Part shown: positions 1-14,700 of the stretch, piece by piece | How positions within the stretch are numbered: the stretch's first letter is position 1 | Layout: the number at the start of each line of letters is the position of its first letter | NCBI GenBank assembly: GCA_051362555.1 | Contig: CM120640.1 | Coordinates: 25,468,225-25,532,224 of the forward strand | DNA: 64,000 nt | Direction: 5' to 3' | From: Lingula anatina | Taxonomy: Eukaryota; Animalia; Brachiopoda | Notes under the pieces: model-generated | Seen by the model: only the letters and a program-made list of their open reading frames with translations | Database searches by the model: none | Told to the model about the DNA's origin: nothing | Translations under genes and position numbers: made by a program

Positions 1-1511
1 TCTCTGCCATGTTGGCCTATAGGCTAACAAGTATGCGACATCTCTTCTGTTGCATTAAAAAGAGCGAAACCTTAAAAAATGACAAACAATTAGGGTGAAT
101 ATGCGTTGAAATCGTCAAAATGCAGAGGCCGTGTTCCTCAGAGGTGAACGTTTGGTGTCGAGGACGGTCGATTGGAAGAACATGTCATTTAATGAATATC
201 AATTTGTACGTGTTATTTGGCAAACAGAGATGAAATAATTTGATAGAAGTTTTGTTTTCTCTATAGCAAAGCGTTAAGGAATGAAAAGGTGTTTTTTTCC
301 TTATTCTCTTTACTAAATAAAAAATGACGGTTTATAAATCAAAGATATGTGAAAGAGTGAGACAGTAAAATGCCCCATTTTATATGCAATTTTTTGAATA
401 AGTACTATTTTTTCATTCAGATTAAAGCCCCTCTTGCGTTCATATTCCAGTTGTATCCTTTAATTTTTTATTTTTTTTTAAATTTTAATGAAAATATGTT
501 CCACCACAAGTAACTACCAACAAATGGATTGGTGGCAAACAAAATGCAAACCCAAAACAAGTTCCGTGATATGATTATATTATTTCTGACTTATTTTAGG
601 GGGCTCGTACGTGTCCCTCCGTAAATATCTCCCAAACCCTGAGTAGAGTTCAGTTTTTGAGTATGCCTGGCATTCTTCTATGCGTTATCGATTTCATCTA
701 ACCATAAAGCAATACTGTAACAAATCACATTGCATAAGTTATACATCACGTAAAAAGGGGCGAATTGCTATTTCATTTTGTTGTTCATTTCTTATTAAAC
801 TGGTCGATTTGCATATGTGGGCGGTAATCCTGTCCTAAGGGTGTGGTCATCACTTGACCACTGTATAGCTGGATGCAATCGGCACTTTAGATATTATCGT
901 GGCGTGGGAACCAGCCACAGGTATTTACTGACCACAAGGAATAGCCCACAGAAATGGTCTTTAATTCGCCTAAATGCTATCTTTAAATGGTTGTCCAATT
1001 GTTAGCAACGCCCTTTCGATTCAAAGCAATTGTATGGTGATTGCTAGATACGAATCTCGTTTTTAACCAGATCATTGCACTGGCTGATGAAATTATGGAG
1101 ACTATTAAACATTTAGAATACGCAACAGTAAACAAGGAATAGCCTTTCGAACTTTTGATACCCGAGGGCCTTGGGATAAACTGAAATTACGCTAAACACA
1201 ATGTCGCCGTCAGGTTCAATGTGCCGTACTGTGAAAGGAGTGAGCTTTAGAAATACTGAACACGACTGACGCCGGTCCTCAGATGAGATCCTCAGTGAAT
1301 CTCCCCACATAATAAGGAGCACCTGTCATTTAATATCAGTGTGCTCCAAGATTATCTTTTTTATTTTTCAAAATTAGAGGAAATGCATTTTGACCAAATG
1401 CGCACCCATTACCAAATTTTTTTGTGATGTCTCATTTTTCTATATAGTATATCAAATATAAGTGCTATACTGAAAAAAGTCTCTGACTTTGAAATGGCCC
1501 CAAAAGGACAA

Positions 1512-1512
<1 letters not shown>

Positions 1513-1562
<50 letters not shown>
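1513..1562. repeat. Compound (CT)n(CA)n microsatellite
   Basis: Seen directly in the sequence. Confidence 0.95.
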
Positions 1563-1566
<4 letters not shown>

Positions 1567-2132
1567 AGAAAAACTGAAAAAATAATGCGATATACTGCTA
1601 GCTCTGAGGTTAAGCTGTCATTGCGTGAGCATACTCTAAACTGTTGTTGTGAAAAAAAAGGACCGATAGAATCAACAGCTTCTGTTTATTTCAATAAAGA
1701 CCTATCGACCTAATCAATTTAAATAAAAGGTTGATAACAACAGCGGTCCATGAGCTAAGATGAAAGTATAATATCCTGTTTTCGAAGTTTATTGCACTTA
1801 AACAGCCTTGTTCTTCTAGATATTAAAATATGCGAACGGAAAACAGTAAAGCTTTCTTGCAGGCCACGAGATAGTAAATTTGAGAACGATTATTTAAAAT
1901 TTTATCATCGGAAACTAACTGCAGGATGTAAAAAAAAACATGTGAAACTAAGCTCGCTCAATGTCACCTATATGTAAAATCGATAAGAGATATATCTGAA
2001 TGCAGAAGATATATTTCTACAGTGTCATTTGCCAGCAAATATACCTCGAGATGCCTCCAGGACAAGTGAGAAATCCGGTGAACAGGGGTGTCTTGAATTT
2101 CAACTACAGTACCTGTTATGTATTAATCTGGA

Positions 2133-2177
2133 CCCCCCCCCCCCCCCCCCCCCACCCACACACACACACACACACAC
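2133..2177. repeat. Poly-C run plus (CA)n
   Basis: About 21 C followed by CA repeats. Confidence 0.9.
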
Positions 2178-5100
2178 CCGAGCTACAATTTTATTGCATA
2201 AAGTGCCATAAAAGTAGTAGAAAATTGGATCAAATTTTATCAGCAAGTCAAACGTCTCTCTTTCCTACATTAAGGGTAGTTTTAAGAGAAATTTAAAAAT
2301 ATTTTTATCCAAAGAATACTGAGGCTAATTTGTCTTCTTTTATTTTTGCTTTTATTCCTTTGAATTCGTAATTGATCTAATTTTTGTTGTTGTTGTTGTT
2401 TTTATCGTTGTTTTTTTTCGGCAATAATATCTGTAAACAGCGCTGAGAGGTTTAGTTAGAATACTTCAGCGACCTAAGCAAAAAGTGCATCAAATCTGAT
2501 GGATAAACCCACGTAACACCTTTGAAATTTCCATTCAGATATCAACGTGATTCCCCTCCTAAATTTTGTACTATGAGGCGATAAGATTTGATTACATGAT
2601 CACATCACCGGTTTATCTGTTATTTATTCAACGCTTTAGCAATAAATACAGGCACACGCAAGGTTGGCAGAACTCAAATATATTTGTTAGCATGATTTTG
2701 ACTTTTTCGGTACATCGCAGTTCGAGAGTGGGGTTATGCATGACTTTTTTGGTAGATAAAGAAAACGACATCAACAATGTCATCAGTTAAAACTTGGTAT
2801 AAAGCCATATACAAAGAAAAATATCACCACTGTAAGTAAGGATCTGACAAGAAAAATGTTGAATCTTTGATTAAAAAGGAATAAGTGGAATGTGAAAGAA
2901 ATTTAGATCACTTCTAAGATCCTTCAATAAAATCATTTTCATAATTGTTTGACAGCATTATGCAGTAGATGGATATATGTAGTTGCAAGTGCGCCTTAAC
3001 GCTGTACATGTAAACGTCTGTACTTCATTGTCGTAATCAATAAATCATTGCAAGGTTGTGCAATGTACAAAATAGAGTTCTATACACAAAATACAATACA
3101 ACACTAATTTGAAATAGCCCAGGCTTGTATTTTGATAAGTTGAAACATTCAACACACGCACGCACGTGCACACACACACGTGCGCGCGCGCGCCATATCA
3201 AACATGTAGGCCCTATTGATCAGTTTGTAGTAAGTATTTTAGACACGCAACATAAGAAATCTTATGCCTGTAAGATTAAAAATGACGACTTTCTGAGCAT
3301 TTGAAGCAATACACATTAAGAGATATATTTATTTTACATGGGAAAATGACCACAGGTGCACAATTTGTAAAGTATATCAGCAAATACCACTAATTTGCTA
3401 TCTTCCCCTTTTAAGTAACTGTATTTGGCTTATGTAAAAGAGATGAATCTTGCAGATCAGCGTGTTAAAATGATGAAATAACAAGCGTCAAATACAGTGA
3501 TATCCGAAATAAAAAGAATTCTAACACAGGAAGAATAACTGTACGTCGGAACGGAAATCCCCCTCAAAAAAAAAAAAAAAAAATTATACCTCCTTCTTTA
3601 ACATTAAACTACTTCCAAAAAAAAAAAAAAAAAAAAAAAAAAAATCGAAAGATGATGATAAGAAATCATATCATAACTTAACGAGTTTATATAGATTTTT
3701 TTTTCTTTTGCTACAGAGAGCCACGCGAAACGCGATATATGGAAATTTTATACTGAATGAAGAACGCTATGGACAAGTACAACGTTTATAAAAAATCAAA
3801 ACCTTTTATTCTATGAGATGATTTAATTGTATCTTATTTCATTGTGCCTGCTTACCCAACAAGTTATAAGTGCATGAATGACAACGATAATGTCTCGTCA
3901 GTGCTGATTTTACCCACATATTGTCTAAAACACACAAACGCATTGGAACATAACCAAATTGAATCACGATAAAAATATACTTTAAATACTCTCGGCGAAA
4001 CCTTCTCCAATTTTATTCAACATTTTAGGTATTTGTTGGAATGTACTTTTCTCGCCAGCGTTTCAGTTAAAAGCTTGATTCTGTCCTATTGATGAGACCG
4101 ATGAACTAATTTAGAAATGTTATATAATGTAAATAACTACCGGAATCAAATGACGTTGATAAGAAACCGCGATCGTAATTAGTTGATTTACCTATATCCT
4201 TCTTTGTCACCGTTGTTAGTATGCAGCTGCCCGGTGACAAAGTAGACGATTGCCATGCTTGTATGGCGCTGATTGCGACGATTTCGTATTAGCGGGCATT
4301 AAACATTATTATTCTCTACTTGTAGAGACTGTGTGTAACAAGATATCTGAAGATTTGCAGAATTGCCATCTTACCGGAGTATTTAACTCTTGTTCAAGTA
4401 ATCGTTACCGGGGATCGCTAGATGCTGACAAAAGCGATTAGTTTACGATTACCAGTTATAAAGCCAACAAAAAAGAAAATGCCGAAAAGCTGTTTTCCCC
4501 GAGTTCAACGGGCTCCACAGTCGCACAGGAATTTCAAATACCTTGATAAATTTGTCGAATAGCTGCGCAATTTGCTGCTATCGAGTGGTTGTCTTTGTAA
4601 TCTTAGACATGTTTTCTCTCACTTGACTGCCTACACAATGCCATTAGAATCCTATCAGATAAATCGAGCGGAGACTGTCAAGCCAGCCAATAGCCCTTGA
4701 ACACTGAGTGATTTCACGATAGCAGAATTTAATGGTGAAGCACTTCAAGATAACTTTTTTAATGAATTGCTCGTAGTCTTGTGTCAGATTTACCCTAGGA
4801 TAACGATTTGGCATTTGACGTAAACAACGCGCTTAAAATACCACAAGATGGTGGATCCACGTCCACATTGATATATTTTCATTTTATTCGCGGTGAAAGG
4901 CGATGACATGTCAAAAACCAAATTGCGTCTTCCCATAAATTTTTAGATATTGCATCATGATTTGATCTTCCTTTTGCAAACTAAGCTACCATGTTGATAA
5001 GATTCTTCTGAAATTAAACGTGAACGAATCAACAGAAAATTAAGTGAATTTAAAATATTGGCAAGAAATTGAAATGCTACAGTGAAAAGGTACTAGGGGT

Positions 5101-5709
5101 TTTTGCAATATCTACAAGTGTTTGTTTTCATGTTCTTATTTTTGAAAATTTTGGATGACTGCAGTTCTATTCCATCTAAGATGGGAGTTTAAGTAAAAAT
5201 TCTTTGGCGCTAAAGTATATTGTGCGTATGTGTAGGATTTCAGATAATCTGTATCAAAAAGTTATGTGCAAAATATCAATTACCTCATAGGAATGACTAG
5301 ATAATACAATTCTCACTAATCTCTGGTCTCTACAAATCACTATGTGATACTATGATAAGTTTACTTTTACTTAATGTAAAAGGTTTTAGAATTAGTGAGC
5401 TATTCACAATTTTTTACTAACATAGCTTGCAAAACTACCTGTAGATGCTAAATGAATATAACATAACTGTATGGATATTTCAGCCCAGAGAATCTCGAAA
5501 AAAAAGTACTTTACTGTTATGGAAACCTTTACACTATTTCGAAAAATAAAAAAAAAAAAATGTAAAAACACGCACACGTATGTGAAAATGCTAATTAGAC
5601 CAGTAGCTGACATGTCATAAAGCGAACAAAATTCCTAATCTGAGAAAGAGATAGAGAGTTGGGTTGTCAACACAAAATAAGAACAACAATTGGATGTCTT
5701 ACAATTCAA

Positions 5710-5715
5710 TTTATT
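5710..5715 (-). promoter_or_regulatory. Probable Hmx polyadenylation signal AATAAA
   Basis: AATAAA about 830 nt after the stop, preceded by U-rich/UGUA sequence (TGTACATA at 5775-5782) and followed by GT-rich sequence. Confidence 0.5.
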
Positions 5716-6548
5716 TCACATACAAAGAAATAGAAAAAACATGAACATTTACAAAAATAACTTATCTTAGTTTATATGTACAGATTGGATTCCATAGCGT
5801 ACGGAGATAACGACAGCTTGCCCGCAAGCCTTTTAGTAAACGAATATCAATCTTCGATAAAAGGCCGTCCATGCCCTTGCTTTGATTTTTGCTTTTTTAA
5901 ACATTCTTCGTTCGTGTGAATTCTTCTTTCAGTTCCTTTTTTTTCTGTCAGCAACTACAATTTCATGTCGAACAATATCGCAAAAGACACAAGCTATGTA
6001 ACAGAGACGAAACACCGATGGTTTCAAGAAAATACACAAATACAAATTTAAAAGAGTATTTTGTCATTGAAAAAAGTAAATCACTAAATTGTACTTCATT
6101 ATTAACATTTTAAAGAAATGCGTTTTTCATCTTACAGGCAAGTACACTTGCACAATAACCTATATAAAATTAATTCCCGATTCTTCGACTTATATAAGAT
6201 AGTCCAAAGCATCAACACAAACTGCCGTCATAAAATGGCAAGCGACAAGTGATTGTACATGCCAAGAGAAAAGTGAATAGTCTGGTTTGGATCATAACCG
6301 CTTTTGAACAATCGCACAGTTACGTTCAGTTGCCAGTCTCAGAAATATGTTGTCTCAAACACAGTTAATTGAACAAGGCTTCCGATGAGGGTGAAGATAT
6401 ATATAAACGCCAGGTCTTTTAATGAGTTGCCAATTTCCCCCATTGTTCGGGTAATGAACTGCCAAGAAAACTTCACCATAATGTAATTGTTATTTGATAA
6501 GCCAGATCGTATCGCGTTTTCGGCGTGGCAGGCAAGTTGGTTGACACC

Positions 6549-7301
<753 letters not shown>

Positions 7302-8073
7302 TTAATAAATCGAAAACGAATAAATACAAGTGAAATAATAAACATTAATTAAATACTTATTTTATTTTAGGCCATCAATTTACATGTTATCATGTAAAAT
7401 GTTGTAGGATAGGGAAGATTTGTTCCACCTTAATAATATTTTGCAATATGGCAACTCAGTGTTTTGGTTTGATAAGTTTTCATCAATTAAGTATTCTATA
7501 AAGATGCCAGAAAAATCAGATAATATCAAGATAGATAAGTTGAATGATATTTAAGACGACAATTTTGATGAAACGTTCTTTTGTTTTGATTTTGTATTGA
7601 TTTTGTTTCTTTGAATTGTACCCAACATTTTTTGGGGGTATGATAATTGAAATAATATTTTCAAGCTCACTGTGAACATTTTTATATCAATTTCTATTTT
7701 GTCGAGTGTGGGAACACCCTTAAAAGAAATATTCGTTTACATTTTGGTGTCTGTAGGATATTACGGAAGGGAAAGGTGTTGTCATTTAATTTTCAAATTA
7801 CAATTAAATTAACATAAAATATATTAATACAACAAATTGTTAGTTAAATTTGAACAATGTTTAATTAATTCACTTTACTGACACTAAGACCTGTGGTAAA
7901 GAATGTTTCGTATATTATTTGACATAACCACAATTTTTTAAAATTGCATGTTCAAGATCTCTCAAATAATAATGAAGGTGCAATATATCAAATATTAGAG
8001 AAAATCCTCATACTTAAATAATTAAAAAAAACAAGATAAATATTTTTTTAAAATGTAAAAAGATATAACTTAC

Positions 8074-8353
8074 TTTCCAGCGGGAGATGAAGGAACGGCG
8101 CGTGGTAGGGCCAAGGGTACCAACTCGGGTGTTTGCCGACCAGGCCGCGCTCGAGCAAATGAGAAAACGTGGGATGAAATAACGGAGTTGGATGCACTGG
8201 CTCCGGTTTACTAGGAGAGGAATCGGCAGCGTTGTCGCCCTTCTCCGCCTCTGATGCCCGTGTTTGTTGTCTCTCCTTTTCTCCATCAGGTCTACTGAGG
8301 ATGCTGCTGATAGAGAACGACTTGGCTCCCGCTCCCCTCTCTTGTTCCGTCAT
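8074..8353 (-). CDS. Hmx: Hmx/NK5 homeobox gene, exon 1
   Basis: ATG at 8353; eh1/Groucho motif SFSISSILS; WYPW motif; donor A|GTAAGT at 8073. Joined CDS is 280+728=1008 nt, 335 aa. Confidence 0.9.
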
Positions 8354-8479
8354 GTTGAGTGGTCCAGTAGGTAATGTTTGTAAATTGTTGACTACAAGCC
8401 TTATTAATTTGCCGAGTGCTGCGCAGCGTTCTCACGCAAGTATAGTGTAGGGTCTGGTGTCGGACGTGGGTGCGGCGGT

Positions 8480-8730
8480 GTATTTTAAAACTCAGGTGGC
8501 AGAGACAGCTTAACCGTGATGGCGCCGATCACAGGGAGCGATAATAACTACAAGAGAAAAGAGTAGCAGAGAAGTTAAATGGATGACAAATGGACTGCAT
8601 TCGCGATTGGTCGAGGACAATACATAATAGGATTAGAAGCACACAAGCCAAGGAGCCAGGTCCACCCCGCCAATCACGGACAGAATAGCGAAGAAAGAGC
8701 TGATTGGCGGACGGCACAACGACCAATTAG
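8480..8730 (-). promoter_or_regulatory. Hmx proximal promoter: TATA-like element and CCAAT box cluster
   Basis: TTTAAAATA on the minus strand at about 8481-8489, 130 nt upstream of the ATG. CCAAT/ATTGG at 8606, 8670, 8703 and 8723; GC box CCCCGCC at about 8665. Confidence 0.5.
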
Positions 8731-11700
8731 ATCCACGACTGTTGACATTTTTGTGTCAGCAGCTTGTCAGATTTGTTCGGTGAACAGTAGTAATTGAACA
8801 ATTATTAATCAGCTGTCTTCTCGCTAATGGGTTTGCTTTTCAACTTTTTTAACGGAAAAGATACCCTGAACGCAAAATGACATCTCCTGCCATAAGCTTC
8901 CGGCAAGTTGCATTAATTCACCTTGACTCAGGTGCCACGAAGAACTAAAAACTTGCATCAGCATCGTGACCGTAGACGCTTCCATTAAATGATGGTAAAA
9001 AGAAGACATAAAAAGAGTTCGCGTTGCGTGTGATTGCATTTGAATTGCTCTAAATTTTCTCTTTTCTGTACACGAAACCATCGAACAAGTGAACGAGTCG
9101 TCGGCAATTTGTCAGCTCTTACTAGAACATGTTATTGTTCGGTGGAAAAGTCAGTGATTGCGAAGAGGGATTAAGGACTTTCATGCACAATAGCTTGTCA
9201 ATGGGTGAAACTAGGGGTTCTATCAGAGTTAAATGGTCTTAAAGCAGCAGTCAACTATTCAAGAAGAAAAATCACCGGCAATCCAATCCACACTATTGAA
9301 AAGAAAGAGAGCTGCATGAAAGAACTCTTGCCGTTTAAGTACCCTTTCCCATTTAACGACAATACCTGAACAGAAACATCACCTCCGGACAATCTGCGAC
9401 AAATAGCAAGTAAATGGTGATTAAATGTTCTTTAATACCGCTTGCCATTACAGATGGGTAATTGAGTGAGACAATGGGCGGGTATGGTGATCAGATCAGA
9501 CGGGTTTTGTTGTAATTTTCTTCTTGATTGAATCAGCGATCACTATCGACGCTCTTGTCGTGTCACTTGCAGACCTACTCACTCGGAACCAGTTTTTAGA
9601 AGCAATTAATTAACGGTTCTTCCAAGAGCTCTTTTCTCCATTATCTCCGGAAAATGTTCCTTACCCCTAGGCACGCCATCATTAGATCGCTTTTGTCATT
9701 TTGCTAATGATGTTCCCGTGGGCGCGAAAGCTTGCTCAAACACAGGAGATTGGTTGAAAATTGGAAAGCAAGCTTCTCACAAGTTGCACGGTTGCGCTAA
9801 AGTGGCATCATTAAAAATTGGCGAAATGAAAACGTTGCATGCTGCATACTTTGGGGCACGGCCTGGGGGAAGCCTCAGCCATATGCTCAGAAATAGAAGA
9901 CCTTTCACGACAAAACCTATGAAAAAACGGTCTCATTATTTTCTTCAGTAATGAGGAAAAACAAATCAAGTCAAGTGATCACGCTTTCAACGTTCAATTA
10001 TTTCCTATTGCGCCGTAAAATTGGAAATCTTCAGTTTTCACAGTCAATAGAAATGAAGACAATATGAATGAGGTATAACCTTAATCAGTTCGATAAAATT
10101 GCATTTGAAGGCTGGTGGGCCACAACGGAGCCATTAGGGGAAGAAACCAAGAAACTCTTTATGATTCGTAATTTGCTTGGCACTGGATGAAAATTTGCCA
10201 ATCGAACAAAATTACGCTTAAAATTTTCATTTCACTCACTAAATAGGCCCGCGGAGTTGCGGCTTGATGAAATGCATTCCCTAGTGGGCGGGGCAATACC
10301 AGGCTAGACAACGAAATTTGGAAGGCTGCCCCTCTCTGCTGGATCACTCACGTCCGCGGGGACCATTTCGCAAAAACGTACCGAAAAGAACAAACTAGAA
10401 GCACAATTAGCCTGACTAATTCAGTCAAAATTGGAATGTTGTGTGTTGAACAGATCTTTTATGTAGTCGTTATCAGGTTATAAGTGGTCATTAGTAGGGT
10501 GTCGGTACGGCAGATTATCAGGCCGATCTATCCATCTTCGCGGGCGTGCGGACGACGTGCGGGTCCAAAGGGAGTGCTTCTTAGAAAACCTATTCCAAAA
10601 TAGAGTGTCGTGACAGGGAAATATGTAGGTTTTCTGTCGCCGTTTCGATTTCAGTGCCATTGATTAGAATTATGTTTTAGTTATTTCAATAAAATATAGT
10701 CCCAATAGAAATGATACCTTCATTGTGACTATTAACCGTTTGAAAGTTTTTTGTTTGTTTGTTTGAAAGATTGCAAAATCTGCAAATATCGTTTTTCTAT
10801 TCTTTCAAAAGCCACGAACAGGAAAACGAAGGCCGCTTTTCTCAGACTAATTCGATATATATTCCTAGGACAAACCTGGCATTTGATTCCCCTCAGCTTG
10901 ATGTTACCTTTTTAATTAATTATAAAAAAATAATGTTGATTCTTTTTTGTTTAGTGAGGTACCCCAACAACCCCCAAAGCATTCTTAAAGACTTCAACAT
11001 TTCTCTTTGAGAAGTTAATTAACCGATGTTCTATTCAAAGTAAACAAAACTGCTATCCAGTTGTATTGATAACGATGGAAAAAAATAACACTAAAAGGAT
11101 CATATTGAACAATTTGCTTAAGATCGTTCAAATTGTAGATACTCTTTTCAATAGATTGATAAATCAACAAAATGCGAGTCTATTGTGTTAGATTTTTCAT
11201 GTTTGATGACGTGAGCGATTTATTCTGTTTTAACCATATAAATCTAGAGAGATCAATAGTCATCTTGACATTGTAATACATACTATAACATTTTATTGAA
11301 AGGAGAAATGGCACTAATGGCGCCCTGCGTTTTTCTTTTTCTATCGGGTGAATGGAGAGCATCGCCAAAATGAATAATCACATGTATGTAGCGACAGAAA
11401 AAAGGTTATTCAAAGATAATCATGAAATGATTGCGTGCTAAAAATCATGCTCAGATGTTTTATTTAAGGCATGAATGTAGCTAACATCTTTAAATGACGA
11501 TAAACAAACAAGCGCATAAAATGGTGAAGGAAAACCACCTGTGCAAATTGCCGCTAGACAAAATGTTAAAAGGAAAAGATCAGTAATATCTGCAGATAAA
11601 TATGACTGCAACCTACAAATCTGCAATAATTTGATTACATGGTTGATAACAAAGAAGAAAAAAGAAAGAAAAAAGGAGAAAAGTAATGTCAATCAACATC

Positions 11701-14700
11701 ACCTTATTTATCAGATAAGATCCTGAGATCCTGCCTCCTTGTTCTGCAAATCAACGTCTTATTAAACGGAAGCTGATGTCAAATTTAATATACAACGCTT
11801 GATGTCACTTGCATTAAAACAATACAGGTGATCATATTTTCTTTTAAAGAATTATGGTTCTTTCAAGCCAGAAAGATTAAAACGGGCGTTTTAATATATA
11901 GGATAACATCGTTTAAAAAAGGGTCAGTGACAGAACGTAAACGGATGAATATAAAAGCAATATCCTTTGCTTGGATGTAGCACACTCAGTTTATCCTTAA
12001 ATGAAATATTGACGATCAAATAAAGTTGAATTAAATGTCATTTTGATAATTTCATCTTAAAGGTTTGTTTCCATCGGTGTCATTTTACATTCAAGTTTGC
12101 TGATTTATGATTTATGAATTTTATTCATAGTGTAAGAGTGATAAGTTTAACATGATATCTGTAAAATAAATCTGCTTAAGTGTTTTATTGACAAATATTA
12201 GTTCTAATTGGGATCTTGTCTACACAGTAAGTTAAATGATAGCACTCTCTAATTTTTCTATTGAAAAGTACTTTTTTACAGGCAAAAAAGGAAATGTTTG
12301 TTACAAAATCATGTTTTTCTTCGGGAGTAACTTCACAAAAATAGTCTCTTTCATAACAGGATAGCGCACTTGGCGTCAGGTCACAACATTTTAGGCCTAC
12401 TTTCGCATAAATACTAATAACTTAAATCCTCTTGATCCAGATTATGATCGAGATTGGCTCTATTTTTACGGGGAATATGGACATCGGTATGGAAGTATGG
12501 AACGCAGCACCACGGGCACGATTCGAACGGTTATCTGCACGCAAGTAATCGAGCAAGAAAAATTGAAATTGCATCCCAGCCATCCGATAGTCGGTTCGAT
12601 CTTTACAATCAACTTTTAACCGTATTCAGTTAAGATCCGAAATAGCGCGGAAATCGGCGAACGCAAGGATGTTAATTAAAATGGTAATTCTGTCCCTTTC
12701 GGCGGAGTTATGCTGTCAGATTGATGTAGAACAAGAGTGTAATCATTAGAAAATGACAATCAGCGAATGGCAGATAACTAATAGGTCTCTAATCGCGGTC
12801 TTTCTCGTTATTTCATTCCTTCAAGCGGTAAGTCGAGAACAATAGAAACAATCCCTATAACACAGAATATTTCTTCGCCATTTAAGTTCTTTTTCATAAT
12901 GAATATGTGAAAATTACATCTCAGTCGTTTCAGTTTTGCTTTTTAAATATAAAGAAAAAGGACTGTATGGAATTTGAAAAGGTGAAAAGTGAGTGAGGCA
13001 AAGCTTTCTCATTTTATTCGCTAGATAGTCTACACATATGGAAAGGTCAGATATTTATGAGATCTACCACCTAAAAATTCTAAAGGACAATTCATATAGA
13101 CATGTATATATATAAATATATCAGACACGTCTTGGCAATTATAAAAATGGCGATGAAATGGACTTGATTTGTTAAGAAATGTTTTAGCTTAAGGGCTGTT
13201 ATTCTTTATATAAATTGTTTTCTATTTTTTTCTTTTTTTATATGGATATGGATTGCCAGTTTACCTTTGAAAAATAAATGAAGTGTAAAAAAGAAGTACA
13301 GGCAATATTCACTATTGTATGATGAGAAAACTCGAGTTGATTAAAATTAAGAAGATTATGCAACTATACATGGATATTGATATGCATTATCATATTGTTG
13401 TTTGAATAAATTATCAACCGTATGTTAAAAAGACAATTAACCATCATCTATTCCCTAATTATGACACTATATTTCCGTTATTTTGCATATTCTGTGCCCG
13501 GTAATACTATAACGTATCATTATAGGAATAATCAAAGAGCATTTCCGACGTGAACGTTGCGCACGTCCTATTAATTCAAGAGCATTAACTTTCATACATT
13601 GATGTTTTGGACACAATTAATTGTAAATGACCATGAGACGGGACTGATTTTTGACATTCTCTTTTGTTGCTCTGTGTTTCTTTTGCTTTCTCTGAATAAC
13701 AATTTTATTTTGAGATTGGGTGAAATTATCTTTTCGATACTAATAGAGTCTTGCTGCCTTTACTTTTCAAAAGAAAACAAATATTTAGCACGGAATAACA
13801 TAATGTTATTATATAATTTCGTTATTTATCCTAAGCACTGTCAATTTTTTTTCCAGTGTACCAGTTTTTTATTACCTGTAAGAGCTAGAGAAATAAATAG
13901 TCAAATATATCATAAACATTTATTCATCAGTTGCTTAATGAAAAGCAGAGTATGAAACATACCAAATTAGATCTCAACAAATTCGTATGATATCCTTCCG
14001 CATTGAAGGAGATTTGCTGGTTTATACATATAGATATAAGAATTTTAATGATGTATCGAACAGTCTTCACATTAGTGTCTACGCAACTGACATTTGCCTC
14101 AATTCAGTCATATTTAAGTGTCACGAACACTTGCACGTGAAACGATGTTGGAGAAATCGAGTATTTGCTAAGGCGTGCGTATCTTTTCATATACTTTAAT
14201 TTGCCATGCACGGTTTTGTTTTTTCTCTCCGCGTTTTTTTTTAGTTTTCAATTTGCTAAAGTCTATGGTATGCTTTAATATCGAAATGTCTTGTAATATC
14301 TGTTAAGTATCGATTTTTGTACACCTTTTTTACCTGCGTATACAATATCCTTCGTTTGAAATCAAATGATAAAACTAAGCGATTTAATTGAGATGATTGC
14401 TAGTGAGATGAAAATTTGATCTAGTGTAGCATGACTGAATCTTGAGATGTTTGTCTGCAAATCGTCAGGCATTTTCAGTTCTCGTTCACAAATTATCGCC
14501 TATTGTATTACCTCAGAGAACAAATCAAAGCGGTTTGCTTGCAATTTGAGTTCCCATCTGGAGTTTTCAGCAGGCTATCTAAGAGTGCCGCTGAGAGAGC
14601 TGTGCGCAGCTATTATGGGGCACCCGCACTATGATTGATTGGAAACTTGAGACATCATTTAACAGTGTTTTGCTAATGAGTTCGTTCAACGTTGCCGATC

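Noticed and set aside
1380-1500. Possible old DNA-transposon fragments (also about 5170-5300 and 62030-62420)
   Set aside because: Only vague motif resemblance; no TIR pair or TSD could be defined.
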